Counted from the first letter of the stretch, positions 1-10,933 are shown. The stretch is 64,000 bases of DNA from an uncultured Nitrospiraceae bacterium (GCA_963705105.1 CAVPIW010000005.1:588987-652986), one strand, 5' to 3'. Translations and numbers: made by a program. Notes: generated from the letters alone by a model not told the origin.

Positions 1-522
1 ACCCTCCCGCCGTCCCGGCACGCCATCGACGACGGCGAGGTACCGTTTTTCCACTGATTTCCATTGATTGCGGAGCCGTTGCTGGACATTTTCCGACTTC
101 GCGAAGATCAGCAGCCCCGATGTGTCGCGGTCGAGACGGTGGACGATGAAGACGCGCTCTCCCTTGTCCGGGCTTTTCGCCTTCAGGTACTCGTTCAGCA
201 GAAAGTAGAGCGTGTTACGCCTTTCCGACTCCGTCGCCATTGTCAGCAGACCGGCCGGTTTTTCGACGACCATGATGGCATCGTCCTCGTAACGGATTGC
301 GATGCCCGAACGGCGGATGACATCGGTTGCGACGCCGGCGGACGATGTCCTGACGGTGATCCTGTCGCCCGGCGAAAGGGGCATTTCGGGATGGCGGACC
401 GCCTCGCCGTTGACCGAGAGTGCCTTGTATTTAAGGAGTTGCCTGATCCTGTTCCTGCTGTAGCCGTGGCGCAGGAGCAGGCCCGAAAGAGTGTCATTGT
501 CGCGGACGGTGTAGGTGATCAC
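1..522 (-). CDS. RluA-family pseudouridine synthase (partial, runs off window start)
   Basis: Manual translation of minus frame from GTG 522: ...IRYEDDAIMVVEKPAGLLT...RVFIVHRLDRDTSGLLIFAK...VEKRYLAVVDG; not in ORF track because it lacks a stop in the window. Confidence 0.9.
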   Translation of the reverse strand, partial: MITYTVRDNDTLSGLLLRHGYSRNRIRQLLKYKALSVNGEAVRHPEMPLSPGDRITVRTSSAGVATDVIRRSGIAIRYEDDAIMVVEKPAGLLTMATESERRNTLYFLLNEYLKAKSPDKGERVFIVHRLDRDTSGLLIFAKSENVQQRLRNQWKSVEKRYLAVVDGVPGRREG

Positions 523-568
523 GTGCAATTATACCCGAAGGACCGGCCCGGATAAAAGTGCCCTGTGA

Positions 569-690
569 ATCTTGCAGCTGCATGAAAAGGCGGGGAAATG
601 ATGCCACGAAATATTGGACAATAGACTTAGTCGGAACAAGGCCAAAAACACAATGACGGGAGCACTGCTCACAGCAATGTTTTCGATGTT
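569..690. repeat. Degenerate copy of modular palindromic repeat family
   Basis: TGCATGAAAAGGCGGGG terminus plus TCGGAACAAGGCCAAAAACAC, the reverse complement of the module seen near 3790. Confidence 0.6.
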
Positions 691-773
691 TGGTGAACTG
701 CCGGCGCAGCGTTCCCTTTTCACCGGAACCATGATATCATGTCACTGGGATCTGATAATTTCAAGGAGGCTCT

Positions 774-2237
774 ATGAAACAGGACGGCGGAGAGATCCTT
801 ATCGCAAAGGGAAAGCATGATATGTCTCTGCTCCTCGGTATGGCGAACCGTCACGGGCTTATCGCCGGCGCAACCGGCACCGGCAAGACCGTCTCGCTGC
901 GTGTCATGGCAGAGCAGTTCAGCACGAACGGTGTGCCTGTCTTTATGGCTGACGTCAAGGGTGACCTTTCAGGTATGGTCCATCCGGGCGGTGACAACCC
1001 GAAAGTGGCGGAACGGGCGGAGAAACTCGGCCTCGAGGGCTTCGGCTACGAGGGATACCCGGTCGTGTTCTGGGATGTTTTCGGGGAGCAGGGACACCCC
1101 GTGCGCACCACCATATCGGAGATGGGGCCGCTTCTTCTCGGCAGGCTGCTCAATCTGAACGATATTCAGAGTGGCGTCCTGACGATCATCTTCAAAATCG
1201 CCGACGACAACGGCTTCCTTCTCCTCGATCTCAAGGACCTGAGGACAATGGTCGAGTTTGTCGGAGACAACGCCGCCCAATTCAAGACGTCCTACGGGAA
1301 CATATCCGCTGCCAGCATCGGCGCGATTCAGCGGAATCTCCTGGCGATCGAAGAGCAGGGCGGCAATCAGTTCTTCGGCGAGCCGGCCCTGAATCTCGAA
1401 GACCTCATGCAGACCGGTGCAGACGGCAAGGGGATCATCAACATCCTCGCCTCAGACAGACTCATAAGCGCCCCGAAACTCTATGACACCTTCCTGCTCT
1501 GGATGCTCGCAGAGCTTTTCGAACAGCTTCCCGAGGTCGGAGACCCGGAAAAGCCGAAACTCGTCTTCTTTTTCGACGAGGCCCATCTCCTCTTCGACGA
1601 CGCGTCGAAAGCGCTCAAGGAGAAGGTGGAGCAGGTGGTCCGCCTCATCCGGTCGAAGGGCGTGGGGGTGTATTTCGTGACCCAAAATCCCCTCGATCTT
1701 CCTGATGAAGTACTCGGGCAGCTCGGCAACAGAGTGCAGCACGCCCTCAGGGCCTTCACACCGAGGGACCAGAAGGCCGTCAAGGCGGCTGCCCAGACCT
1801 TCCGGTCGAACCCGAAGCTCAATGTGGAAACGGCCATCACGGAACTTGCCACCGGCGAGGCCCTTGTGTCCTTCCTCGACGGGAAAGGGTCCCCGGGCGT
1901 CGTGGAGCGCGCCCTCGTCTGCCCGCCCCGGAGCCGCCTCACGCCTCTGGCGGCAGAGGAGAGGTCGGAGGTGATCAGGTCTTCGGTCCTCTTCGGGCAT
2001 TACGAAGAGGCGGTGGACAGGGAATCGGCCTATGAGAAACTGAAGGAGAAGGCCTCGCAGGCGCAGCCGGATCAGGCTGAGACGCCCCGGGAGAGCGGGC
2101 GGGCCTCAGAGGTGACGAGCCAGGCGGGGGTGCTCGTGAAGGCCCTTGCAAAGAGCGCCGCTCATGCCATCGGGAGCCAGATAGGGCGTCAGATCATCCG
2201 CGGCGTGCTCGGGTCCATATTCGGCGGCAAGCGGTAA
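774..2237 (+). CDS. DUF853/YjgR HerA-like P-loop ATPase
   Basis: [15 protein letters not shown]alker [11 protein letters not shown]alker [42 protein letters not shown]. Confidence 0.9.
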   Translation: MKQDGGEILIAKGKHDMSLLLGMANRHGLIAGATGTGKTVSLRVMAEQFSTNGVPVFMADVKGDLSGMVHPGGDNPKVAERAEKLGLEGFGYEGYPVVFWDVFGEQGHPVRTTISEMGPLLLGRLLNLNDIQSGVLTIIFKIADDNGFLLLDLKDLRTMVEFVGDNAAQFKTSYGNISAASIGAIQRNLLAIEEQGGNQFFGEPALNLEDLMQTGADGKGIINILASDRLISAPKLYDTFLLWMLAELFEQLPEVGDPEKPKLVFFFDEAHLLFDDASKALKEKVEQVVRLIRSKGVGVYFVTQNPLDLPDEVLGQLGNRVQHALRAFTPRDQKAVKAAAQTFRSNPKLNVETAITELATGEALVSFLDGKGSPGVVERALVCPPRSRLTPLAAEERSEVIRSSVLFGHYEEAVDRESAYEKLKEKASQAQPDQAETPRESGRASEVTSQAGVLVKALAKSAAHAIGSQIGRQIIRGVLGSIFGGKR

Positions 2238-2248
2238 ACATTCCGTCT

Positions 2249-2484
2249 CCCTTTCTGTTTCATGAAAAGGCGGGGCGAAGCGCTCTGAAAAACAGTGACA
2301 GTGTGAGTGACAGTGTCACTGTCGGTGTCACTGCCGCTGCCTGCGGGAAGGCAGATATGGTTCAGAGCCTTTCCGTCCGAGTGTTCGTGGCCTGGTTATG
2401 ACCGTCGAATGTTTTAATGACTCAATGACTTTATGGTGGCGCATACGCCCCGCCTTTCCAGGGAGTGTATTGCAACGATGAGGT
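2249..2484. repeat. Modular palindromic repeat element (internally collapsed form)
   Basis: Same as 34201-34574 but lacking 138 bp between GCCTTTCC and GCCTTCCC; hexamer tail also at 2537-2557. Confidence 0.92.
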
Positions 2485-2573
2485 AACATTGCCATCGGGA
2501 AGGCGAATGACACCGGTAAGGTTAAGGATTTTTCCCGACACTGACACTCACACTGTTTGCAGAATGATAAGAT

Positions 2574-3620
2574 TTACGGGATGAGATACTCGTTGACGCG
2601 GCCCACGTCGAACCGGTCGGCAAGGAGCACCTTCCGGACGAATGTGAAGAGCTTCCGGCGTACGTCCGGTGACAGGTCGGGATAGAAGACCGGGTTGGCA
2701 ACGACGACGCCCCGGAAGGCGAAGAAGGGGGCGACGACCGCAAGGATTTCCTCGTCACCCGTCATCGAGACGTAGTCGTCGAAGAACAGGCGCAGGCCCT
2801 CGATGAACGGCCCCCGCACGTCACCGAAATAACGCAAGGAGAAAAAGATGTAATTGATCGTGAGGGCCGTCACGTCGTCGGCGGCATCGCCCCAGGGTCC
2901 CCGGGAACGGTCGAGGAGCGTGAAGTCCCCGCCGTTGCGGAACCAGATGTTGCCGGGGTGGAAATCGCCGTGAATCATGCAGAGCCGGTCCGTTTTCCTC
3001 TTGAGCCTTGCCCTCCAGTCAATGCAGAGCTTCTCGATCTCCGCCATTTCCTCATACCTGAGGGTCCCGTCGGGATAGGTGTCGAAGACTCCCATGAGAC
3101 ACTCGCCGTGGCCGACGGTATCCCGGATCTTCCGCCAGTAAAGCTGCCGGGATATCTTTTTTACGGCATGGATGCCGGCGAGGTATGAAACCATGGCCCG
3201 GATCTTCGCGCGGTCTTGCTCGTCGAGACAGCTTTTGTCCGTGAAAGACCGTAGGTCCTCGAAGTAGTCCGTTCCTTCGGCCCGCTCCATGAGGAGGTAG
3301 TATTCCCTGCCTCCCCCGATCGATTTTATCGAACCATCTTCCATCTCGGCGAGGACGTCGACGGCGCGCACATGCCCAGGCAGATTGGCGAACTCGTCGA
3401 GGTCGAGGAGAAAGACGGAGGCACGGTCGGCGGGATAGTCGTGGCCGAGTCCCTCGGGGATGAGGGCCTTGACGACGTATGACTGCGTTCCCCCTGGCCC
3501 CTGCATTTCGATAAGGAACCCCGCTCCCTGCACGCCCGCCCCGAGCTTGCGGATCGTCACCCCTTTTGTATCAGGGAATTCCTGCAGGATGTATCGTGTG
3601 ATCGCTTCTTCGTTGATCAT
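2574..3620 (-). CDS. APH/choline-kinase-like phosphotransferase
   Basis: LGAGVQGAG glycine loop, YVVK lysine, HGDFHPGNI catalytic loop, LLD. Confidence 0.8.
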   Translation of the reverse strand: MINEEAITRYILQEFPDTKGVTIRKLGAGVQGAGFLIEMQGPGGTQSYVVKALIPEGLGHDYPADRASVFLLDLDEFANLPGHVRAVDVLAEMEDGSIKSIGGGREYYLLMERAEGTDYFEDLRSFTDKSCLDEQDRAKIRAMVSYLAGIHAVKKISRQLYWRKIRDTVGHGECLMGVFDTYPDGTLRYEEMAEIEKLCIDWRARLKRKTDRLCMIHGDFHPGNIWFRNGGDFTLLDRSRGPWGDAADDVTALTINYIFFSLRYFGDVRGPFIEGLRLFFDDYVSMTGDEEILAVVAPFFAFRGVVVANPVFYPDLSPDVRRKLFTFVRKVLLADRFDVGRVNEYLIP

Positions 3621-3627
3621 CAGTCTT

Positions 3628-3887
3628 ACCTCAGCGTTCTATACGCCCTCCGGGAAGGCCGATATGGTTCAAAGCCTTTCCAATGCGATGAAGAGACATC
3701 TTCAGGTGTTCGGCGTCTGGTGCCTGACGGGCTTTTGTCATCGAATAACACGGCAAAGGGTAGTTTTCACCACATCAGCCTTCCCGTCCCGGTGTTCGTG
3801 GCCTTGTTCCGAATGACGTCTGACGACTGCCGATCGACGACGACAACTGATGTGTTGACGCATTTCTATCCCGCCTTTGCCGAAGTG
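3628..3887. repeat. Modular palindromic repeat element
   Basis: Terminus joined directly to GGGAAGGCCGATATGGTTCAAAGCCTTTCCAATGCGATGA ... CACCACATCAGCCTTCCCGTC ... CCCGCCTTT. Confidence 0.9.
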
Positions 3888-4817
3888 TCATTCCCCGAAG
3901 TTTTCACGGTAACGCGTGATGAACTCGGCGTATGTGTAGGAATGCTCCTGGGTCCCGTAATGCTCCACAGCATAGGTTGCAGCAACGGCCCCCATCTTCG
4001 CCGAGTTGATGATGTCCTTTCCCATGGATATCCCCTTGAGAATGCCTGCCCTGTATGCGTCGCCGGCGCCGGTGGGGTCGACGACGGCGGACACAGAGGC
4101 TGCTGGAATGGAGAATTCGCCGTCCCTCGTGCTGATGAGGGAACCCTTCTCTCCGAGGGTGGTGACGATCATGCCCGTCATTGCGAGGAGGCCCCTCTTG
4201 TCCTCTCCCGTCATCGTCATGATGAGTTCAAGCTCATAGTCGTTCGAGATGAGCAGCTCCGATCCGTTAATCCACTCCCGGAAGGCCCCCTTCTCCCACG
4301 CCGTAAGGGACTGCCCGGGATCGCAGATGTAGGGAATGCGTCGTTTCCTGCAAATCCGCGCGTATTCCTCCATGTCGCCGAGGTTGCCCGGCGCAATCAG
4401 GAGGAGCGTGTCTTCGGGCCCGTCGCCTTCGAAAGTGCATCCCGACGGGAATTTCATCGCGCCGGGATTGAACCCTGTTATCTGGTTGTCCGATCGGTCC
4501 GTCGTGATGTACGCACCGGCGGTGAACTCTTCGGGGATGACCCTGATCCCTTCCACTGGTATTCTATGTTCGCGGAGCCATTCGAAGTACCGCTCATAAT
4601 CCTTCCCGATCGTGGCGAGGATATGGGCTTTCTCGCCGAGGAGGCTCAGGGAATAGGCGATATTGCCCGCCGTGCCGCCGAACTTCTCGACCATGCCGTT
4701 GACGGTGAAGCAGACGTTCAGGATGTGGATCTTGTCCGGGAGAATATGGTCCGAGAACTTTCCCGGGAAGTCCATGATCCTGTCATAGGCAAGGGATCCC
4801 GAAACGTAGATTTTCAT
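3888..4817 (-). CDS. PfkB-family carbohydrate/adenosine kinase
   Basis: GSLAYD, GGTAGNIAYSL, DPTGAGDAY signature. Confidence 0.92.
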   Translation of the reverse strand: MKIYVSGSLAYDRIMDFPGKFSDHILPDKIHILNVCFTVNGMVEKFGGTAGNIAYSLSLLGEKAHILATIGKDYERYFEWLREHRIPVEGIRVIPEEFTAGAYITTDRSDNQITGFNPGAMKFPSGCTFEGDGPEDTLLLIAPGNLGDMEEYARICRKRRIPYICDPGQSLTAWEKGAFREWINGSELLISNDYELELIMTMTGEDKRGLLAMTGMIVTTLGEKGSLISTRDGEFSIPAASVSAVVDPTGAGDAYRAGILKGISMGKDIINSAKMGAVAATYAVEHYGTQEHSYTYAEFITRYRENFGE

Positions 4818-6586
4818 ATGGTCTCCTTTTTTCTTAGTGCGTCGAGAAGCTTCTCGGCGAGGGGCCTGCTGAATCCTTTCACCCCGGCGATATCGTCCAC
4901 CCCGGAGGACCGTATCCGCTCGATGCTGCCGAAGGCGCGCAGGAGCGCCAGCCTTCGTTGTTTGCCGATCCCCGGCACCTGCTCCAGGGGCGATTCCATG
5001 AGACGCTTGTCCCGCAGCTTTCTGTGGAACCCGATGGCGAAGCGGTGGACCTCGTCCCGTATTTTTCTAAGCAGGAGCGACGACCTGCTCCTGTCCCCGA
5101 GCTCCACGACCGTCCCGTCCAACAGGAACGCCCTGTCGGGCTTCTTCGCAACGGCGATCAGGCCGCTCCTGACTCCCAGGTCCTCCATGGCCTTCCGGGC
5201 GATTTCGAGCTGCCCCTTCCCGCCGTCGATGACGACGAGGTCCGGCACGACGTCGCCGCCCTTTTCGAGCACCCGCGTCACGATCTCTCCGATCATGGAA
5301 TAGTCGTCGACGCCTTCGACGGTTTTGATCCTCAGTCGCCGGTAGAGCTCTTTCCTGAATTCCCCCCTTTCCCAGAACACAAAGGCCCCGACGGACTCGC
5401 CCCCCTGGATCGTCGAGGCATCGAAGGCTCCGATCCGCAGGGGGACATTGTAGAGGCCGAGCCGCTCCTGCAGCTCCCTCGGGGTTTCGTCTTCCCTTCG
5501 CTTTTTTGCAACAAGGGCGAGCCCCGCGTTCTCATTCGCCATGCCGAGGAGTTCCCGCTCCTTTCCTTCCTGCGAGACCCTGATCCGCACCCCTTCTCCC
5601 CGTCTTTTTGAGAGAAAAGCGCTGAGATCGTCCGCCAGGTCCGGCAGGACATGCACGATTATGTCGCCGGGCGGGATGATCTCCTTTGTGTAGAAAAGCT
5701 CGATGAAGCTGTGCAGGATCTCCGGGTCGTCCGCTCCCAGGAGGTTGTCCGTCACGAAGGACTTCGTTCCGATGAGCATGCCGTTTCTGACGAACAGGAT
5801 CTGCAGGGCGCTCCGGTCCCCGTCGTGGGCGCTGCCGATGATGTCGAGGTCCTCCAGCTCCGGCGCGATGATCTTCTGCGACTCGAAGGCCTTCCGGATG
5901 AGGGTGACGCGGTCGCGTATCTTCGCCGCCTCCTCGAATCTCAGCTCATCTGCGAGGCGCTGCATCTTCTCTTCAAGGCTATCGATGAGGGCGCCCTTTT
6001 CCCCCCTCAGGAAGAGCTCCACGTCCCTGACGATCCTGAGGTATTCATCCCTGCCGATGCCCCCTGCGCAGGGCGCGGGGCAGCGCTTCATCTGGTGCTG
6101 CACGCAGGGTCTCCTCCGCCTTTCCATATTGTAGCCGCACCGCCTGATGAAGAAGTTCCTCCTGATGAACGAGAGGACCTCCCACATCCCCTGTGCCGGC
6201 ACATAGGGACCGAAGTAGAGGTTGCCGTCTCTCCTGATTCTCCGCACCACTTCGATTCTCGGCCATTCCTCGGTCACGGTGAGACAGATGTAAGGATAAT
6301 TCTTGTCGTCCCTGAGGATGATATTGAACCGCGGCTTGTATTGCTTGATGAGGTTCGCCTCGAGGATGAGGGCCTCCAGTTCGGTGTCCGTGACGACGGT
6401 CGAGAAGTCCCTCACCTGCCTGACCATCGCGAGCTTCCTCTGATCGAGGGCCGCTGATTCCTGGAAATAGCTCCTCAGGCGGTTCCGCAGGTTCTTCGCC
6501 TTGCCGACATAGAGGACCTTCTCGCCCCGGCCCTTGAAAATGTAAACACCCGGCCGCTGCGGGACATCGGAAAGATCGGGAATCAT
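4814..6586 (-). CDS. uvrC: Excinuclease ABC subunit C
   Basis: GIY-YIG (PGVY..LYVGKAKNLRNR), IDGGKGQL, RDEVHRFAI, C-terminal HhH. Confidence 0.97.
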   Translation of the reverse strand: MIPDLSDVPQRPGVYIFKGRGEKVLYVGKAKNLRNRLRSYFQESAALDQRKLAMVRQVRDFSTVVTDTELEALILEANLIKQYKPRFNIILRDDKNYPYICLTVTEEWPRIEVVRRIRRDGNLYFGPYVPAQGMWEVLSFIRRNFFIRRCGYNMERRRRPCVQHQMKRCPAPCAGGIGRDEYLRIVRDVELFLRGEKGALIDSLEEKMQRLADELRFEEAAKIRDRVTLIRKAFESQKIIAPELEDLDIIGSAHDGDRSALQILFVRNGMLIGTKSFVTDNLLGADDPEILHSFIELFYTKEIIPPGDIIVHVLPDLADDLSAFLSKRRGEGVRIRVSQEGKERELLGMANENAGLALVAKKRREDETPRELQERLGLYNVPLRIGAFDASTIQGGESVGAFVFWERGEFRKELYRRLRIKTVEGVDDYSMIGEIVTRVLEKGGDVVPDLVVIDGGKGQLEIARKAMEDLGVRSGLIAVAKKPDRAFLLDGTVVELGDRSRSSLLLRKIRDEVHRFAIGFHRKLRDKRLMESPLEQVPGIGKQRRLALLRAFGSIERIRSSGVDDIAGVKGFSRPLAEKLLDALRKKETI

Positions 6587-6684
6587 AGACTAATATAGCA
6601 TATCATCCTTGTCCAAAATATCTTGCAGCCGGACTTTGAAAACGAGGATGGGGTGTGGTTTCTGAAGCATAATTCACGGTTGCC

Positions 6685-7096
6685 TTGCACGAAAAGACGG
6701 TGCAAAACGCTCCGAAAAACAGTGTCAGTGTCAGTGTCAGTAAAAGGTTCACTTTTCTTCAGACGTCTGCCTGAAATGGTCTGTACGGGAAGGCAGAGGT
6801 TTCGCAGCGCCGATGCTTTTCGGCTCATACGCCCCGTTTTTCCTGAGATCTCATTGCAGTGATACGGGTTTACCTTATCGTTGCAATGCGCGCCCGGGAA
6901 AGGCGGGGCGTATGCGCCGAAAACCTTGCTGCGGCGACACCTGTATCAAAACGAAAGATGAACTATACGCTAATGGTCGATGACACAAAGAGTGAAATCC
7001 TGAAACACGAAGATGACGAGGCGTATCGTCGCCTTCAGCAAGGCTTTGAGGCGTTTCGCCCCGCCTTTCCTGATATCTCATGGCGGTGATAAGGGT
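6685..7096. repeat. Two tandem modular palindromic repeat elements (6685-6870, 6872-7096)
   Basis: Second unit is nearly identical to 24462-24667; first combines the hexamer module with the GGGAAGGCAGAGGTTTCGCAGC module. Confidence 0.92.
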
Positions 7097-7222
7097 TTAT
7101 TATGCGAAGAAATCATGCCCCATCCTCGTGTCACATTATTTTTGAATTTCAATGATAGCGTCTGAACGAAACGCAGGAATGCAGAGATGAGACTCCCCTG
7201 ATGCCCTTTGGTATAATAAGAC

Positions 7223-9001
7223 ATGTCGTTTCGTCGCAGCCTCCGTGTCTCCCTCATCATCGTCATGTCCGTGATCGTCGGCGCAGTCGGCGGTTTCATC
7301 GTCTGGGTCCTCAACGACCTCCCCGAAATCAGGAGCCTCGAGGATTACAAACCCCTGGAATCGTCCTTCGTCTATTCCTCCGACGGGAAGGTGCTTGCCG
7401 AATTTTACCTGGAGCGCAGGAATTTCGTCCCTCACCACAAGATCCCGGAGCGGGTCAAGAAAGCATTCATCGCCATAGAAGACCAGCGTTTCTACTCCCA
7501 TCCCGGCGTGGACGTCATCGGCATTCTCCGGGCCCTCTACAAGGACATCCTCTCCCAGAGGATTGTCGAAGGGGGCAGCACGATCACGCAGCAGCTCACG
7601 AAGATGCTGTTTCTCAAGCCCGAGAAGAGTTTCGCCCGCAAGTTCAAGGAGGCGATCATCGCCGCGCAGATCGAGAAGCGGTATACAAAGGACGAAATTC
7701 TCGGCATGTACCTCAACAAGTCCTATTTCGGCACAAGGGCATATGGTATAGAGGCGGCGGCCCAGACCTATTTCGGCAAGCCCGTCGCGGACATCTCCCT
7801 GTCCGAGACGGCCCTTCTTGCCGCCCTCCAGAAGGCGCCCTCGGCATTCTCGCCCTTCAAGAACCCTGATCAGGCCAGGACGAGGAGAAACATTGTACTC
7901 AGGAAGCTGCTCGAAAACGACGACATTTCGCAGGAAGAGTACGACAGGGCGGTCAGGGACCCCCTTCCCCAGAAGCCCTTCTACCGGAAATACGAGGCGC
8001 CCTACTTCGTCGAATTCCTCAGGCAACAGCTCGAGGCGCGATACGGGGAGAGGATCTATACTTCGGGATTCCGTATCTACTCGACCATTGACTACTCCAT
8101 GCAGAAGATCGCCGAAGAAGCCCTCCGGCAGGGCATCGCCGCCATAGGACAGCGCTCGTCCCCGGGGGTGCAGGCCGCACTGATCGCCATCGACCAGAGG
8201 AATGGAGAGATCAGGGCGATGGTGGGAGGAACGGACTTCTGGGAGACCCAGTTCAACAGGGTGACGATGGCCCTGAGGCAGCCGGGATCGGCTTTCAAAC
8301 CCTTCGTCTACGTCACGGCTCTCGAAAAGGGCATGACCTCGGACTCACAGGTCCTCGACTCGCCGATTTCCTTCCCCGGGGCGAAGGCGAACAGCGTGTG
8401 GTCGCCAAGAAACTACGACAACGAGTACCACGGCCCCGTCTCCCTGAAGACGGCCCTTGCCCTCTCCCTGAACACCGCAACAGTGAGGCTTTCCCATTCC
8501 GTCGGCATTCGGGATGTCATAGAAACGGCGAAGAAATGCGGGATCAGGAGCAACCTTGAGCCCTACCTCCCCGTCGCCCTCGGCGCCTCCGACGTCACCC
8601 TCCTGGAGCTCACATCGGCCTATGTCTCCCTCGCCACGGGAAGGCGGATCGAGCCGATGGCGTACGAAAAGATCCTGAACAGGGAAGGCATTGTCCTTGA
8701 GGAAACCTCGCCCTATTCCTCGGATATCCTCGATCCCGAGGTCGTCAGTGACATGAGGGTGCTCCTGCGGGCCGTCGTCGAGATGGGGACGGCACAGAAA
8801 GCCAAAGAACTCCAGAGGACCGTCTACGGAAAAACGGGGACGACGAACGATTTTTCCGATGCCTGGTTCGTCGGCTTCGACGACCGCCTCGTCCTGGGCG
8901 TCTGGGTCGGGAGGGACAACCACCGGCCGATCGGCGTCAAGGAGACGGGGGCGAAGGCCGCCCTGCCGATCTGGATGGAGTTCATGAGGAATATGCCCTG
9001 A
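7223..9001 (+). CDS. Penicillin-binding protein 1A (class A PBP)
   Basis: N-terminal TM, EDQRFYSHPG, GGSTITQQL, RQPGSAFKP, SLN, KTGTT. Confidence 0.95.
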   Translation: MSFRRSLRVSLIIVMSVIVGAVGGFIVWVLNDLPEIRSLEDYKPLESSFVYSSDGKVLAEFYLERRNFVPHHKIPERVKKAFIAIEDQRFYSHPGVDVIGILRALYKDILSQRIVEGGSTITQQLTKMLFLKPEKSFARKFKEAIIAAQIEKRYTKDEILGMYLNKSYFGTRAYGIEAAAQTYFGKPVADISLSETALLAALQKAPSAFSPFKNPDQARTRRNIVLRKLLENDDISQEEYDRAVRDPLPQKPFYRKYEAPYFVEFLRQQLEARYGERIYTSGFRIYSTIDYSMQKIAEEALRQGIAAIGQRSSPGVQAALIAIDQRNGEIRAMVGGTDFWETQFNRVTMALRQPGSAFKPFVYVTALEKGMTSDSQVLDSPISFPGAKANSVWSPRNYDNEYHGPVSLKTALALSLNTATVRLSHSVGIRDVIETAKKCGIRSNLEPYLPVALGASDVTLLELTSAYVSLATGRRIEPMAYEKILNREGIVLEETSPYSSDILDPEVVSDMRVLLRAVVEMGTAQKAKELQRTVYGKTGTTNDFSDAWFVGFDDRLVLGVWVGRDNHRPIGVKETGAKAALPIWMEFMRNMP

Positions 9002-9046
9002 TCCTGTCCCGTGTTTGGTTGCAGCAGGGCGTTCCTGGTACTGTAA

Positions 9047-9253
9047 ACCTTATCGCTGCAATACACTTCCGGGAAAGGCGGGGCGTATGCGCTCTGAAAA
9101 AAGTGTCAGTGACAGTGTGAGTGTCAGGAAGAGGCGCGCATTTCAAACATCGCTTTGAACCGTTGTCTCTTGTGATGGTGCAGGTGTCGCCGCACCAAGG
9201 TTTTCGGCGCATACGTCCCGCCTTTCGGTCGGGCGTTATTACAACGGCAAGGC
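9047..9253. repeat. Modular palindromic repeat element
   Basis: ACCTTATCGCTGCA terminus; roughly 90% identical by eye to the reverse complement of 12920-13078. Confidence 0.92.
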
Positions 9254-9256
9254 AGA

Positions 9257-10933
9257 TCAGAGCCTGAAGGTGTCCTTGTCCGTCCCGGTCTTCCGTTCCC
9301 GCTCCATCCGCTTGAGCACGGCCCGCTTGATCTTGCCGCTTATCGTCTTGGGGAGCTCCTCGATGAACTCGATCTCCCGCGGGCATTTGTAGGAAGCGGT
9401 CTTCTGCCTGACGAATTTCTGGATGCTCTGGGCGAGCTTCTGCGTCGCCGTATAGCCCGGCGCGAGGACGACGAAGGCCTTGATCATCTCTCCTCTCAGC
9501 GAATCGGGACTGCCGACGACGGCGCTTTCCGCAACGGCCGGATGTTCCTGGAGCACGCTCTCGACTTCGAAGGGACCCACCCTGTATCCCGATGACTTGA
9601 TGACGTCGTCGGCCCTGCCGAAGAAGTAGAAATATCCGTCCGCATCCTTGTACGCCTTGTCGCCCGTGAAATACCAATCACCCCGGAAGGCCACGCGGTT
9701 TTCGTCCTCATCGTCGAGGTACTCGTCAAACATCCCGACGGGCTTGTCCGGCTTCACCCTGACGCAGATATGGCCGATCTCTCCCGGCGGTAACGGATTG
9801 CGGTCGTCGTCGAGGACCTCGATCGCCATATCCGGCACAGGCTTTCCCGTGGACCCCGGCTTCACATGCTGGCAGGGATAATCGGCCAGGAGGACCGAAG
9901 ACTCCGTCTGACCGTACCCTTGGTGGATCGTCAGGTTCGTCGCTCGTTGCCATGTGTAGATAACCTCGGGATTGAGGGGCTCCCCCGCCGAGGTGCATCG
10001 TCTCAGCCCGGAGAAGTCATAGGATGAGAGGTCCTCGAGAATCAGCATCCGGTAGACCGTCGGTGGGGCGCAGAACATGGTTATACCCTGTGACGTCAGC
10101 AGTTTCATCGTCAGGCGGGGCAGGAACTTGCCTTCGGCATTATGGACGAAAATGGCGGCCCCTGCAATCCATTGCCCGTACATCCCCCAGGCCGCCTTCG
10201 CCCACCCTGTGTCGGAGAGGACCCATATGAGGTCATGGGGCTTGATATCGTGCCAGAGCAGGGCCGTCCGCAGATGGCCGAGGGGATAGGAACAGCGGTG
10301 GAGCACCATTTTGGGGTATTTCGTGGTGCCCGACGTGAAATAGATCATGAAGGGGTCCTCCGCGGACGTCGTTTCGTGCGACCCCGGCGCCAGGCGGAGG
10401 GGGGCATCGGCGGTCATCTCCCCGAGATCGGTCCACCCGGCGGCGCCCCCGTCGATGAGCACTTTGTGTTTCAGAGCGGGGAATGCCGTTGCGGCACAGG
10501 CGGCGTCCACCTTCGGGGCGTTCGCCAGGTTTGTGATCACCGCTGCGGCCTGTCCCCTCATGATGCGGTATTCAATGTCCGAGGGCGTCAACATAACCGG
10601 GGCGGGCATGACGACGGCGCCGATCTTGTGGCATGCGACCATGACGAAGTACCACTCAGGGAGCCTCGGTAGCATGATGAAGACCCGGTCACCCTTCCCG
10701 ATGCCGAGAGAGAGAAGGGCATAAGCTATCTTGTTGGAGTGGCTGGAGACATCCCAGTAGGTAAACTTTCTGATCTCCCTTCCCAGCGGGTCCGTCCAGG
10801 CGAGGGCAAGCTTCGTCCTGTCCGCGGCGTGGCGGTCGATGACGTCGAAGCCGAAGTTGAAGCGGTCAGGGACGGGGATCGTGAACGTCTCCTTCGCCTT
10901 TTCATAATCCGTCATGTCATAGGAAAAGAGCAT
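9257..10933 (-). CDS. AMP-forming acyl-CoA synthetase
   Basis: YFTSGTTKYPK, GYGQTES, TGD, GRADDVIKSSGYRVGP, PKTISGKI; start moved to ATG 10933 by AGGAGG spacing. Confidence 0.92.
   Translation of the reverse strand: MLFSYDMTDYEKAKETFTIPVPDRFNFGFDVIDRHAADRTKLALAWTDPLGREIRKFTYWDVSSHSNKIAYALLSLGIGKGDRVFIMLPRLPEWYFVMVACHKIGAVVMPAPVMLTPSDIEYRIMRGQAAAVITNLANAPKVDAACAATAFPALKHKVLIDGGAAGWTDLGEMTADAPLRLAPGSHETTSAEDPFMIYFTSGTTKYPKMVLHRCSYPLGHLRTALLWHDIKPHDLIWVLSDTGWAKAAWGMYGQWIAGAAIFVHNAEGKFLPRLTMKLLTSQGITMFCAPPTVYRMLILEDLSSYDFSGLRRCTSAGEPLNPEVIYTWQRATNLTIHQGYGQTESSVLLADYPCQHVKPGSTGKPVPDMAIEVLDDDRNPLPPGEIGHICVRVKPDKPVGMFDEYLDDEDENRVAFRGDWYFTGDKAYKDADGYFYFFGRADDVIKSSGYRVGPFEVESVLQEHPAVAESAVVGSPDSLRGEMIKAFVVLAPGYTATQKLAQSIQKFVRQKTASYKCPREIEFIEELPKTISGKIKRAVLKRMERERKTGTDKDTFRL

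Noticed and set aside
3720..5303. Long antisense ORFs (also 35568-36554, 38685-39875, 48136-49470, 50089-51087)
   Set aside because: These are shadow frames opposite well-supported genes in GC-rich DNA.
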